From: Octopus vulgaris
Lineage: Eukaryota
Direction: 5' to 3'
DNA: 64,000 nucleotides
Assembly: GCA_951406725.2 (NCBI GenBank)
Contig: OX597817.1
Location: 27,590,001-27,654,000, forward strand
Program-made: the position numbers and the translations under genes
Shown: positions 14,100-26,928 of the stretch, piece by piece
How the letters are laid out: each line of letters starts with the position of its first letter
Numbering within the stretch: position 1 is the stretch's first letter
Notes under the pieces: generated by a model
What the model saw: the letters and a program-made list of their open reading frames with translations, nothing else
Databases searched by the model: none
What the model was told of the DNA's origin: nothing

Positions 14100-14748
14100 G
14101 GTATGTAGGTATGTAGGTATGTAGGCATGTATGTATGTATGTATGTATACTTTTTGTTTGTTTATATGTAGGGAAGTAAATATGTGAGCTAGCATGATCT
14201 ATCCAGCTTCCACACCCAAACCAATATAAAACAATACATTTCTGTGAACAAATATTCCAAAACTAACCTTATATTTTTCTCCCTCCTATCATCCCCTTTT
14301 TTATCAAAAGACATGTACCTTTCACGTGATTAACACCCCCACCTTCAGACATACACGTAAACTCATTTTTAACGTAGAATAATACTGAAGCTTCTCTTTC
14401 TGAAAATATGATAGTTGATTCAGCCATAAGAGAATTTCAAAAACATCTGACCATTATACTTTTCAGCAAAGTCAACTATTCAGTCAATTACCATATTTTT
14501 ACCATTCCTTATCTTCTTTCAGTTCTTGTTCATCAACACAACTTCATTTCCACACTTATTAACAAACCTCAACCCCACCAAATCTGTTATATATAGAATC
14601 CCACAGCACAACACAGCCTGACATCAGTTTGACAACCACCCCCCGACAACCTGGAATAACTAAGAGCTACCACAGTATCTGTCCAGATAATATATCCCTC
14701 TAAACTCACTCACACACACACACACACACTCACACACACACACACAAG

Positions 14749-14789
<41 letters not shown>

Positions 14790-14867
14790 ATATGTATGTA
14801 TGTATATATGTATATATGTATGTATGCATATATGTATGTATGTATATATGTATATATGTATGTATGT

Positions 14868-15208
14868 ATGGCTCAGTGGTTAGAGCGTCGAGCTTACGAT
14901 CGTGAAGTTGTGAGCTCGAATCTCGGACCGGGCTGCGTGTTGTGTTCTTGAGCAAAGCACTTTATTTCACGTTGCTCCAGTTCACTCAGCTGTAGAAATG
15001 AGTTGCGACGTCACTGGTGCCAAGCTGCATCGACCTTTGTCTTTCCTTTGGATAACACTGGTGGCGTGGAGAGGGGAGGCTGGTATGCATGGGCGACTGC
15101 TGGTCTTCCATAAACAACCTTGCCCAGACTTGTGTCTAGGAGGGTAACTTTCTAGGTGCAATTCCATGGTCATTCATGACCGAAGGGGGTCTTTACCCTT
15201 TTACCCTT
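14868..15208 (+). mobile_element. tRNA-derived SINE family C, tail type 1
   Basis: A box tggctcagtggttag, B-box-like gagctcgaatctc, central ttcttgagcaaagcactttatttcacgttgctccag, ending in tttaccc repeats. Confidence 0.88.
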
Positions 15209-15249
15209 ATATGTATATATGTATATATATATATATATGTATATATGCA

Positions 15250-15294
<45 letters not shown>

Positions 15295-16705
15295 ATATGT
15301 ATATATGTATATATATATGTATGTATATATGTATATATGTATATATATATGTATGTATATATGTATATATATATGTATGTATATATGTATATATGTATAT
15401 ATATATATATGTATATATATGTATATATTTATTTATATGTATGTATATATGTATATATGTATGTATGTCTAATTTCCTTAAAACCCAGCATCCTACTAGA
15501 AACCAAATCTTCATTTCTGACTGCACATCCAGCATGTTAACTTTTGTCATCCGCTGTACCATATATGCAGGATAAAGGCTAAGTTCCTCGTTCCAAGACG
15601 GGCAGTGGATGCGTCTACGCCTTAGCTTCTTAGAGGAATCCGATATCCACAGTCTATGTCTTTATTTTTTAGGATGGCATTTAGTTGTAGATCAAGCGAT
15701 ATAGCTGGTATCAAGGAAAATTTAGCTGGTATTTCTTGTAGATCACATAGAAACGCACTTGTCGGAGTTTGATACGTGTCAGCGCTGCACTGAGTTTTGA
15801 AACAATCAGCTTTGTTACTAAATATGTAAACCTTATTATTTTGTTTATATCATGAAAGGTTAATTTCCTATTCAATTGATCCTTTAATAGATGCATTCAC
15901 GAGGCTATCAATGATGTTATCTGTACCAGAATCAAATTGCTTGCAGCAAGGTTATCGTTTTTATCAACCAATGTTTTATAAACTCTTCTTATCAAGTACT
16001 TTGGCGTCATTTCGCATGACTACTAGCTGAACGCATTTCGTTAAGGAATCGGTCAAGTTCAAGTTCGTTGCTGTTATTTATATTGCTAAACGCTTGGATA
16101 TTTTTAATATCTGAAATTCCCAATTTTCCTTCAACAAGAGTTATAATCTGTCACTAAATTCAATTTAGTAATTGATTTTTTTTCTGTAATAAGGAAAGGC
16201 GCCCCCTAGCTTCCTTATCTTATTTACTCTGTGCATGATACCCCCTTCTATTAAAGCTCTTTATACTGAATATAATAAGGATAATAACAATAATAATAAT
16301 AATGATAATAATTTCATTATTGTTGTTGTTGCTGTTGTTGCATTGCTTAGATATATGTCTGCCTCTACAATAAATCAATACGTTTCCGGAAAGAACCAAA
16401 CAAATTAGCTGGAAGTTGTAACGAAAGAGAAAGTTTAGAAGTAAATAAAGCAAAGCGAGCGAAAATAATATCAAAAGGGTCATTCATTCATTTGGTAAAA
16501 ATTCACCATTTTGAAGGTCTCGGGGCACTGTTCTCGAATGAAAAACACAGTATGCATATCATGCGATCCCGTAACGGGCTAATGGGCCAAAGTTTTATAA
16601 TGTAATTTATTAGCGAATGTGTGTGTGCGCATGTGTGTGTGTGAGGGCACTTACAATCACATTTTATTACCAAATTTTTGGTCATAATTTTTTAATGAGT
16701 ACTCT

Positions 16706-16744
<39 letters not shown>

Positions 16745-17374
16745 TGTGTTTATGTGTATGTGTGTGTGAGTGTGTGTGTGTGTGTGTCTAAAGGAAGGGC
16801 GTTGCCAAAAGAAAAATAAGGCAAAACGCCTTATATGGTAGATTTAACAGTGACAATAGCTGCGCTTATAATTAAGTTCTGTCATCGCTATCAAATGCAA
16901 AAGGATTAATAATAACAAAATTATCTCCTAGAAGCACTGCAATGTCACGTCCGCCACCATAAAATTGTTAGAAGAACTACTACTAAAACTTATAATGCTG
17001 TTTTACTTGAAGAATTATACTGTTATTTATTGGTCTGTGAAAGAATTGCTTTATAGATAACCTAACCGAAGTAGAATTCTATATTTTAAGAAGAAACAAA
17101 CAAAAACCGAGGGAAATGCAAGATTATGTACGATAGCAAGACAAAATGGTTGAATATTTCCGCTTATGCAGTATGATTACGGGAAATATATAAATTTTGA
17201 AGAGTCTTTTAGATAATGTTTGCATAAAAAAATTATAAGTAAGAATGAATTTCGAAAAGTTTTTTCCTCACATAATTTCCTTCCGCCCGCTTTCATTAAA
17301 ATTCTTTTTGCTCAATCAGAATCATACACACACTCACACACACACACACGCACACAAACACACACATACACACG

Positions 17375-17414
<40 letters not shown>

Positions 17415-17999
17415 CATACAGATAGAAAAATTGCGTGTGCATGCATGCATAGATATATATACCTATGCATATATATGCCATGCATAGATAAATATGCACA
17501 CTGCGTGCGCAGTGTGTGTGTGTGTGTGTGTGTGTGTTCAGGCGCGCACGTGTGTGCACGTATGTGTGTGCATGTATCAATGCATGCGTTATCTGCACTA
17601 AATCAGATATTTTAGAAAAAATGTTTTTAACACAGGAAATAGATATCAGAAGCCTTTAACAATGCAAAGAAAATAAATGTTTTCATTGGGCCTTAAATTT
17701 TTCACTTCCTCTCGTTCTTTTCAATACCACAATTTATACAATTGAAGAAAGAATGAAGTTTGTCTTCCCTAAATTCAGTGGTGCTCGTTAATCTTAATGC
17801 CCATTCGCCAACGAAATGGTTAAAATTTATGCTTCAATTTTCTCATTCTTACTTTCAAATATATTAACTTTCTTAAAACTATTAAACAATTTGAAATAAT
17901 CTGTATGTATATGTTTGAGTGCATGTATATATATATGTATGTGATGTGATGCGTGGGTGTTTGTGTGTGTATTTGCGTGCATGCATGTATGTGCTTAGT

Positions 18000-18500
18000 A
18001 ACTATATCAGACTTACAACTTATGCCTTAATGCCAGAACAGCCTTCTAACCAATATACAGCCACTCTTAGTCCATTAGATATGAGTAGGTACTTAATTAC
18101 CTTCTTGAGACTTCGACCCTGCCCAATTAGAGAACGTAAGTATAATCATCTGTCGTATAAGTTCATTTTATAAGTTTATAAACTGCATTTTTCCAGTACA
18201 CTCTCCTCTCTAAAATTGATATATTTCTTTTCCATTCTTTTCATCTCTAGCAACGAACATACTTTGACGCTTAGTTCACTTGTAGGAGTATCCAATCAAC
18301 ACTTGGAAGCTCTCTTTTATTCCAACTAATTATCAACCCATTACAAATGTCAGATACTTACTTTTCTTCTCAAACGAGTTCTCTTCCCTTTAAATTAAAG
18401 ATTAACCTATAATAGGACGTAACTAACCACTTACTGAAGTTGAGAAGCTGCTCAACTTCACTATAATCCTCAAATGTGAACAAAGCACTTCAAACTGGAC
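18000..18500 (-). mobile_element. Highly degraded LINE (RTE-like) 3' region
   Basis: Only weak motif remnants on the minus strand, with many stops. Confidence 0.3.
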
Positions 18501-19292
18501 AATTTTTTCGTAATTCTCTAGTCTTTGATACTTCTTATCTTCTAAGGATATATGATATCGTTTATACGTACGATTTCAAATATACAGCTTATTATGTATG
18601 CACAACTCGTTAAGAAGATACTGTATAGTTCAGCAATTAATGAATATTAGAACCCAACCCTTAGGAATAGACACTCCTGTACCATTTTACTTCTCCCTTC
18701 CTTGCTTTCTGCTTCTTCTTTACCACACTTTATCATAGTTATCTGACTGCTAAACTCAAACAATTTTCTCTGTCAAGGTGGCAGGGCATTTATTAATCAA
18801 TTCTAAGTTCGTTGGAATAAAAATCTAAAGGTTTTATGCACACTTTTCGATCAATTGAACAGAAAACCAAAGATGCTACCTATTATCATTTATTTGCAAA
18901 CATCTATATCTATAGTGTTGTATTTCGGGATGGTCATTGCTTTAATTTTTTTTTCGCAGAATAAACGCACGCACTATATATTCCTTCTTCACTCGTTTAC
19001 TACTCTTCTTATTTCAGCTCATGTCCCTTGTCCGGAAATCTTTCGTCACACATCCGTAACCTCTTCAGCGACACTTTGCGACTTATATATTGTAATTTTC
19101 AGTTTATCTCACCAGATTTTCTATACAATTCAGAGCTAGCACTGAAAATTGCAGCGTTTCATATACGACTATACTTAAGTAAACAATGCGATTCAGGATA
19201 TTTTTTCTATTTTTTCTTTCTTCCTATTTCTCCTGTTTTTTCTATCTTCGGCCTTATTGTTTGCATAAACGTATTCCTATATGAAATGTCTT

Positions 19293-20045
19293 AGTGCTGT
19301 CATCTGCCTGTTGGCTCTTCTCCTGCAACTCAACTTGATTTCGAGCCGGGTCGTCTGCTGCTGGATAGGACCGACCAGGTAAAGGGCCTGGGTATCTTGC
19401 TGGATTCTTCCTTTTCGCCTTCGACCCAGTGCGTCAATGCTGCCAACAAAGCACGCGGAGTTCTGTTTTTGATTCGACGGTCATTCGGAATGCTCACAGC
19501 AGCCAAATTCCTACCGTTCTATGTCACGCTGGTGAGACGCATATTGGAGTACGGGATTCAAGCCTCTTCTCCTTATCTCCTCAAATACATACATCATCTC
19601 GAAAGAGTACAGAATCTGGCTACCCGCATGGTTCTTGGTCTCAAGGATTTGTCTTATGAAGAAAGGCTGAAGATGCTCGACCTTTATTCTCTAGAAAATC
19701 GACGACGCCGTGGTGATCTCATTCTTGCTCACAACATCATAAGCGGAAAGTGTAACCTCTCGAAAGAGCTGTTCTTCACTCCTGCTCCAGAGCGTGGGCT
19801 GCGGGGTCACTCCGAAAAGTTCTATCTGCGACGATTTCATCTCAATCGAAGGAGAGGGACTTTCTTCGTCCGGGTTGCGAATCCGTGGAATAAGCTGCCG
19901 ACGACCGCTCGGTTCAAAGTCTCTCTTGACCAGAAATGGCCTGAACTCTTTGCATGAACACCCTCCCTGTACATAACTCCATGTCCCCCTACATGGCCTT
20001 GCTTTTTGCTTTGTGAGCCAAAAAATTAACTTAACTTAACTAACT
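19293..20045 (+). mobile_element. CR1-group LINE 3' fragment
   Basis: ORF 19397-19957 has YVTLVR.ILEY, LERVQ..ATR, YEERL..L.L.SLE.RR.RGDLI, LRGH and WNKLP. Tail (TTAAC/CTAA)n. Confidence 0.92.
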
Positions 20046-20897
20046 CTATTGCAACTATATTGCAAATCTGTAGAAATAAACTTTGAAATGAGATCATCGC
20101 ACTGCTAATACAAAAGTAGGCACAAAATTGACTCGCAAACCTTTACTATACTTGGTAGTGTAATATGATGCAAAAAGAAATACTGTGTCCTTCCTAGCAA
20201 TTAATAATTAACAATTATCAGCGGTCTGTAATTCTATCTTAGAAAAAAGAAACAATATATACAATGTATTACTGGATCGTATTTTCAAACAGTACAAATT
20301 ATTGAAAGATGAAGTAAAACAGAACTGAAAATAATGCCTCTATTTTGCCTTGCCACCTCATTAATACTTGTAAAAATAATTTCCTTTTAGGTTAAGAGGT
20401 TAAGTAGATTCAATTAACAGCACTGTACTGCTGATACCTATTTTTCCAATCGTAGAAAAGCGACAGGCAATGTTAGTATAGACACGATTTTAGCTTCGAA
20501 TGAAAAAAAAAGGAAAAGAAACGTTCTTATACACAATGCTGATTGTTCTACCTTTCTTCCTATGTACTTTCTGGAGTTTTTTTTTTACTTTTTAGAAACA
20601 ACAATGTTTAAAAGTACATAGCCCATTAATAAATGGCAACATTGCTTCTAGCGTCATTTATAGCCGTCACTTCATCAGTATCATTTTATATCAAAACCTT
20701 GCGATATCCTTCACACTTTACCACAAAAAAAGACAAGAACTATTGCCTTTTTTAAATACACTAACATTTGACATCTGGGCATATGCATTTGAAAATAGAA
20801 AATATACAAATCCAACGTACAAAAACGTCTAGACACAGAGCAACTCCCGGTATATGTGTGTGTGTCTTCATATATACATATGAACATGCATACACAT

Positions 20898-21447
20898 GTT
20901 AGTTAGTTAGTTAGTTAGTTAGTTAATTTGGCTCAAAAGCAAATAGCAAGGCCATGTAGGGGGACATGGAGTTACGTACAGGGTGGTGTTCATGTAAAGA
21001 GTTCAGGCCACTTGAGGTCAAGGGTGACTTTGAACAAAGCGGTCGTCGGCATCTTCACCATCTCGTCTGGCAGCTTGTTCCACGGATCCGCAACCCAGAC
21101 GGAGAAAGCTCCTCTCCTTCGATTGAGATGAAATCCTTGCAGGTAGAGCTTTTCTGAATGACCCCGCAGCCGACGCTCTGGAGCAGGAGTGAAGAACAAC
21201 TCTTTCGAGAGGTTACACTTCCCGCTTATGATGTTGTGGGCGAGAATGAGATCACCACGGCGGCGGCGTTTTTCAAGAGAATAAAGGTCGAGCGTCCTCA
21301 GCCTGTCTTCGTAGGACAAATTTTTGAGACCAAGAACCATGCGGGTAGCCAGCTTCCGGACTCTTTCGAGATGCTGTATGTCTTTGAGGAGATAAGGAGA
21401 AGAGGCTTGAATCCCATACTCCAATATGGGTCTCACCAGCGTGACAT
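20898..21447 (-). mobile_element. CR1-group LINE 3' fragment, same family as 19293, inverted
   Basis: ORF 20990-21469 is highly similar to 19397-19957. (CTAA)n tail at 20898-20925. Confidence 0.92.
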
Positions 21448-22176
21448 ATATACATATATGCATATACACATATATACGTATGTGTGTTTGAGTGCAGGTG
21501 TGTGAATGTGTGTCTGCATGCGAAGAGGTACTATGGCATCCCCGTAATTCAGATAGTTAGAAAGCAGGTTTACAAAACACCTATTGATGAAAATGCATTT
21601 ATAAACTCTGATGAACTGATACACATACTAAGTGTAGCATATCAATAGTTATCTGTAAATAAATATCTAGCAACTGCATTTTATTAAAAGCTTTTAATAT
21701 TTATGTTCTCCATTAGTCCCTTCTAAGTTTGTCCGAAGTTCTGGAATTGATAATCTTTTTTTAACACTATAACCTTGAATCTTATTTTTCCGAAAGATAG
21801 ACTAACTATGATCTTCCAATTATTAAGGTTTCAATTTATTTTATGTGATATTTCGTAGCTATCATTAGTCTCTTCTAGACAGTGAGGTGATGAGATGCTC
21901 TCTATGAACACATATCTCTGATGAGAAAGAAATAAGAAAATATAGAAAAGCAGCTTATTACCATTCTCAACCCGAAAACAGGAAACCCCACTCTATTTGA
22001 CAATCTTGAAGACTGACATTTTAACAAATATAACAACAGTGTGTTACCTACACAATATATATATATATATATATATATATACAAGATAAACATGGTGTGA
22101 ACTATAACAAGTTTATTGAATTCCAGGTTTGACCTTATTTATTAATCTATATGTAAATCTGTGAATATGCTTTCAT

Positions 22177-22280
22177 CTTCGATGGCTGTTTCAATCCCAG
22201 ACTGGTAACATCTTAATACTTGCACTAAATGTTCTTTATATATATCATACATCATCTGGAAAATGTAGGTCTTCAGTAAA
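22177..22280 (-). ncRNA. Degenerate hammerhead-ribozyme-like motif with long stem II
   Basis: Minus strand CTGAAGA...ccagat/gtctgg...GAAAC agcc ATC gaag. Stem III and stem I carry substitutions. Confidence 0.4.
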
Positions 22281-22514
22281 TTTATGGAGCTGTGAGGATA
22301 TTGATTAGTTTCTATTTCAATAACATTCCATATGTAGCATTTCGTGGGATTTTAATATGCCACAAATGGAACAAGGCAAGCAAAACGACACAGTGTGATT
22401 TAGGGCGGTGGACGAGGACTAACAAAATACGGCATTGGGGCCAAGGAGACGGGAATAGTGGGTAACGCTTCGAAAATATTTTGAAGGTTGGAGAAGGGAG
22501 AGACAGAATTTGTG

Positions 22515-22738
22515 ATTGGTCAGCCTTCGAATGACGCCACCCCGCTGGCCAACAGAAGAAAGAATGAGAGAAAGAGTGGTGAAAGAGTACAGCAGGGATC
22601 ACCACCCCCTGCCGGAGCCTCGTGGAGCTTTTAGGTGTTTTCGCTCAATAAACACTCACAACGCCTGGTCTGGGAATCGAAACCGCGACCCTTCGACCGC
22701 GAGTCCGCTGCCCCAACCACTAGGCCATTGCACCTCCA
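22515..22738 (-). mobile_element. tRNA-derived SINE (same head as 7927) with a different 3' end
   Basis: Reverse complement matches 7929-8110, then diverges. Confidence 0.85.
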
Positions 22739-22739
22739 C

Positions 22740-22839
<100 letters not shown>

Positions 22840-22955
22840 TAAAAGGAATTCCGACCTTGTCTGATTTTCACGTTTTATTTACAATCTTATAATGATATAA
22901 TATAATATAAAATAAAATTAAATAAAATAATAGAATGTTAAATGTTCATTCTGAT

Positions 22956-23000
22956 TGAACAAGTACTTTCATGCATTAAATTCTGCAATCTTCAGGTTCA
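22956..23000 (-). ncRNA. Minimal type-I hammerhead ribozyme candidate
   Basis: Minus strand tgaac-CTGAAGA-ttgca gaatttaa tgcat-GAA-agtact-t-gttca: 5-bp stem I, 4-bp stem II, palindromic stem III AGTACT, cleavage triplet CUU. Confidence 0.72.
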
Positions 23001-23040
23001 TGTAGTAGTGGTGACAGTCATGCTCCACAATTTTTGACTG

Positions 23041-23072
<32 letters not shown>

Positions 23073-23331
23073 CATGTATCTATGTGTATATGTATGTATA
23101 TGTATATATGTATATGTATGTATATGTATATATGTATATGTATATATGTATATGTATGTATGCATATGTATGTATATGTATATATGTATATGCATGTATA
23201 TATATATATATTTATGTATATATATATGTATATATATGTATGAATTATGTATATGTATGTGTATGTATGTATATCTATGTTTTTATGTATGTATATATAT
23301 ATATATATATGTATGTATACATACACACGCG

Positions 23332-23409
<78 letters not shown>

Positions 23410-24018
23410 TTCAAAGCTTAAGGTCATAAGAACCAAGAGTAAAAGTTCTCTAGACTTGGCGTAGTATGATAGTATAATAACATATAATATTTGTTTGATA
23501 CCATATGCCACGATATGTTTTTTTCCGATGTAGTGAATACTTAATATGGGTGGTATTCGTATGACAGTTATCTTTTGAGACCCATCATTCTAATCACATG
23601 GAAAATAAGAATAGTCATCCACTGTATTAGGAGGAAAAAAAAATATTCATTCTCCACTTCATATTCGGCACTTTACTTTTATACTTCTGTAACCACTTAC
23701 AAACTATATTATGCTGTAATATTATCTAAATATATAGATAGAAAGAGAGAGAGAGGAGGAAGAGAAAGGTAGTGAGAGATAGATTTAATATATGAATAAA
23801 CATGATTTTTTGCTGTCATGCCATGCTCCTACAGAAATGTGACGTTGCACCAATGAAACAAAGGCTCATACATGCCACCTTGAATTTTTGCATTCATAAA
23901 CGAAGAGAGAAAGTTATTTATTCCTCTCTAAAATGACGATTGTATCAGTCTCCATTCCGCAAATTCACTCTCAATAATTCTTTTATCATCAGGCTGAATG
24001 CAGAGTGCTTCTTTGTTT

Positions 24019-24073
<55 letters not shown>

Positions 24074-24674
24074 TTTTTGTATTCCGTACATTTAGTTTCC
24101 CTTGTGGAAGCTTCGTAAAAATCAACCATATCAGGGAAGCTGTATCGCTCACCACTTTAAATTATAGAACAAAAAATAGTTACAAATAAAGGCATTTCAA
24201 TAGTATTTTTACATTTTCCATTTGTTTTCGTATTTTTATTTACACATTATTGGTGTGGATTTCTTATTTGTGCTTCTACGTGCAGTATGCTTAATATTAT
24301 TCCGAATACAGTTGAGATTTGTTTATTATATATTTATGATTGCTTTGTTTTTAAAGTTTATGTCTTTTTCCATATTTTTTTTTTTTGCACGTGACAATAT
24401 TTTTTTTTTTTTTTTTGTATACGCTGCCTGGACAAAAATATAATAAAAGTTGAATGGCGTTCGAAAAAAGAGAAAATATCTCTATTTCACTCGATTGAAT
24501 CAATTATCAAAACTATGGAGGATAAATGTTTAATTCTTTTGTGAAAAGAAACGCACGCACACACAAACCCATACACTCACATATACACGCTTACACACGT
24601 ATGAAGATACACACACATAGGTGATATGTATATATATGTAAATATGTATATGTGTGTGTGTGTGTGTGTGTCAT

Positions 24675-24717
<43 letters not shown>

Positions 24718-25011
24718 CTAGCAGTATCACCCGGCGTTGCTCGGGTTTGTAAGGGAAATAACTATATAAGCATTTTTAGAGAGTTATACCCAAAAAATAG
24801 CAAAAAAATGCATTAAAAATGGAAAAATAATGATGGTAAATTTTTTTAAAATTCGTTGACTCATCGTAGACGCGCGCTAATACCCAGAAAGGCTCGATAT
24901 GAATCACGACTATAAGATACCCGGTTTTGGTCAAACTGCACCGCAAAATGTGGGAGTAGTTAGGAATCTAAATCGTAGGAGACAGACACACAACTTCACT
25001 TTTATATATAA

Positions 25012-25014
<3 letters not shown>
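24718..25014 (-). mobile_element. Non-autonomous Helitron
   Basis: Minus strand starts A|TC and ends with hairpin cccgagcaacgccggg plus CTAG|T, which are canonical Helitron termini. Confidence 0.85.
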
Positions 25015-25075
<61 letters not shown>

Positions 25076-26634
25076 AATGCATATAAAGTTAAGCTTCGCC
25101 CAAAGTATATCTATGGTGTCAAATGGAAATGTATGTGTATATTCCCACCTTGTAGCATGTTCGCTTATTCCCTCCCTCTCCTTCTCTATTAAACACAGAT
25201 ACGCAGGAACATACAGATATGATGTGAGTGTGTGTGTATGTGCGTGCGTGCGCGCATTTCATATTTAAAAATTCAACTACGAAATAGTTTTAGATTTTCA
25301 GTAATAAATGTTTTGTGGTTCTATAAATTCAGTTTTAATCCCAGCTCACCGGTATTTCCGCATCTACTATTAAATTCATCTTAAATGCATTTGCTGTCAC
25401 CATTCATTGGCACAGCAGAAGTAATGCACTTCTTCCAAAGCTTAGAATGTAATATAATGATATGATAACTTTTCCTAAAACATTTAAAATCTATCATAAT
25501 CTCCATTAAATATTTTATAGAATCTCCACGTGCTGTTTGTTTTGCCTATGTGTGTTACAATGACAGCGGCTTGTATAAAAAAAAAGTAAAGTCATTTTTT
25601 TTTCTTATTTTTGTATCAACACAAAATTTGTTGTTATAAGTCACTGAGAGAAAGAGTTGGCTTTTATTGCATCGCTAAAATGAAAATACTCAATATGTTG
25701 AGAAACTTCCCAATGACAATGTATATTTAAAGTATTCGCTCTCACACTAATTCCTAAGTATGTTGGTTAATTTCTAGCATAGATTCATATTTTATAAATT
25801 CATTATCCAGTCTGTGTAAGTATTCTTCCATAGTTATATGTACTTGGAGTATTTTAGTTTCCGTTTTACAATCATGTGTTACTGCGTAGTAATTATATAG
25901 CCACGTAAATACATAATCATATCGCAAGGAGTAACTTTTTATATTAAACTTTAATAAAAGTTAAAAAGCATCATTTACAACAGATATAAATAAATTATGA
26001 AGTATGCTACTCCAAGTTCAAATATGCTTCTGGCACATTTAGATTTATAAACAAGCCATTCACGGTTAAATTTTGTTAAGGAGAAAATTGTTCACTGTTG
26101 ACAATGGTGTAAATATACCATCAGTTCGCAGCGCCCTCTTTCCAGACTATGAGATACCGCATTTCGGAGTAATTATCTCCCCTTCGGTCACAGGCACTGA
26201 ATATTTATTTATATATAAATAAATATTGTTATTGTTTCATTGTCCTTATTTTTTAACTGCTTTCACGGCACAAACTTGCATTGCGTTCTGAGCTTTGGGA
26301 AAGTGCAGGGTTTTATGTTTCTATTATACTGAAAATTCTGTGTATTATATATGGAATGTTGATCAGTAATATTCTTTATTCTTTTTCTCCCTCTATATTG
26401 TTGTTATTGGAGGAGCATTCTCATTTGTTATGACTGAGACAATTCTACAGATATATATGTATGTTTATATGTATGTATATATGTATATGTGTGCCCTCCT
26501 GTGTATTCAGGTTATGAAAATTTCGGGCATACTCAACCGGTTAAGGACAAGCAAATTTGTGGTATGAAGGAGAATATTTGTTGTAGCTCTTCTTTAAATA
26601 TATTATGATTATTATTGTTGCTGTTGTTATTTAA

Positions 26635-26850
26635 GGCAGAGAGCTGGCAAAATCGTTAGCACGCCGGGTGAGATGTCCAGCGGCATTTCATCCGCTTTGA
26701 CGTTCAGAGTTCAAATTCTGCCGTGGTCCACTTTGCCTTTCTTCCTTTCAGAGTCGATGAAATAAGTACCAGGGAAACACTGGGGTCGATGTAATCGACT
26801 AGTCTCCTCCCAACAAATTTCAGGCCTTGTGCCTATAGTAGAAAGGATTA
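26635..26850 (+). mobile_element. SINE family A with gtagaaaggatt-(ATT)n tail
   Basis: Family A core followed by caggccttgtgcctatagtagaaaggattatt. Confidence 0.88.
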
Positions 26851-26890
26851 TTATGATTATTATTATTATTATCATTATTATTATTATTAT

Positions 26891-26928
<38 letters not shown>

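Noticed and set aside
21915-21990. CTGATGA...GAAA as a hammerhead (also 43210, 43899, 44585)
   Set aside because: Stems I-III cannot be formed around these cores.
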